Positions 63,342 through 64,000 of a DNA stretch of 64,000 nt are shown here, in pieces (within the stretch, counting starts at the first letter, position 1; each line of letters starts with the position of its first letter). The notes beneath the pieces were generated by a model. The model worked only from the letters and a program-made list of their open reading frames with translations, was not told where the DNA came from and made no database searches. The translations under genes and the position numbers were made by a program. The stretch covers positions 107,386,001-107,450,000 of the forward strand of contig NW_024704743.1 in NCBI RefSeq assembly GCF_018977255.1, in the 5' to 3' direction. Source of the DNA: Callorhinchus milii. Taxonomy: Eukaryota.

Positions 63342-63985
63342 AACAACGATGACAAAACTTGAACACATGTAGCGCCCTCCACGCAGGATAGTATCTCAGA
63401 GCTCTTAACAGTGCCAGAGCCTGACTCCGTGCTGGGGGGAGTGGGGAGGTGCCCGTAAGCACGGTCGAACAGGAAAGTTGTCAGGCAGAACTTGAAAGAG
63501 GGGAGAGAGGGCCGGTGCCAGTTGAGAGGAGACGCCACGTGGTGGATTGAGGAGTGAGAAGGTCGGAGAAGTAGGGAGGTGCCAGAGAGTGAAGGGATTC
63601 GAACACAAATGTAGGATCTTGAAGTTAATCTGTGCGGTGATGGGGAGCCAGTGGAGCCTGGCCAGAACTGGTGCGATGTGGGTACGGAGTTTGGTTCGGG
63701 TCAATATGCAGACAGCAGAGTTCTGAATGAGCTGGATCTTGTGAATGGTGGAAATGGGGAGATCGGCGAGGAGTGCGTTGGAGTAATCCAAGCAGGAGAT
63801 GACAAACACATGCACGAGCGTTTCGGCTGCATTTGGGGTAAGGTACGGTCGGAGGCGGGCAATGTGGCGGGGGGGTGGAAGAAAGCGGTCCTGGTCAGGG
63901 ACCGGATGTGGGGGAGGAAGGACAGTTGGGGGGTCGAACCAAACATCTAGGTTGCGCACTGGTTCGGTGAATCTGAGCGAGAAAG
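63342..63985 (-). mobile_element. L2 LINE 3' fragment (older subfamily)
   Basis: VRNLDVWFD, IARLRPYLT..AAETLVH..LDYSNALL..IQNSA..LARLHWLP. Confidence 0.92.
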
Positions 63986-64000
63986 ACTCTTAATTAAGCA

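Noticed and set aside
1..64000. CRISPR array or prokaryotic defence locus
   Set aside because: Repeats are dispersed, bidirectional and hundreds of bases long; no regular repeat-spacer array, operons or gene density

Overview
AT-rich vertebrate genomic DNA that looks intronic or intergenic. The repeat content (Deu-domain tRNA SINEs with (TTA)n tails, L2 and CR1 LINEs) points to a cartilaginous fish, most likely a chimaera such as Callorhinchus; this is recalled family knowledge, not a database result. I found no convincing host protein-coding exon, RNA gene, CRISPR array or prokaryotic system. The long ORFs are decayed L2/CR1 reverse-transcriptase fragments or spurious SINE frames. Three generations of SINEs share an L2-derived 3' tail, and repeat-poor AT-rich islands resembling conserved non-coding elements lie between the repeats. 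The most unusual observations are: an LTR-like insert flanked by a ~90-95 bp host duplication; a cluster of strong hairpins at 20.9-21.1 kb; an unassigned ~250 bp retroposon-like family with a 3' stem-loop and poly(A); a triple-nested SINE that orders the subfamilies in time; SINE tail loops matching the youngest L2; and fold-back or tandem duplications at SINE 5' junctions. Boundaries of old elements are approximate. I do not claim a clearly new biological system.
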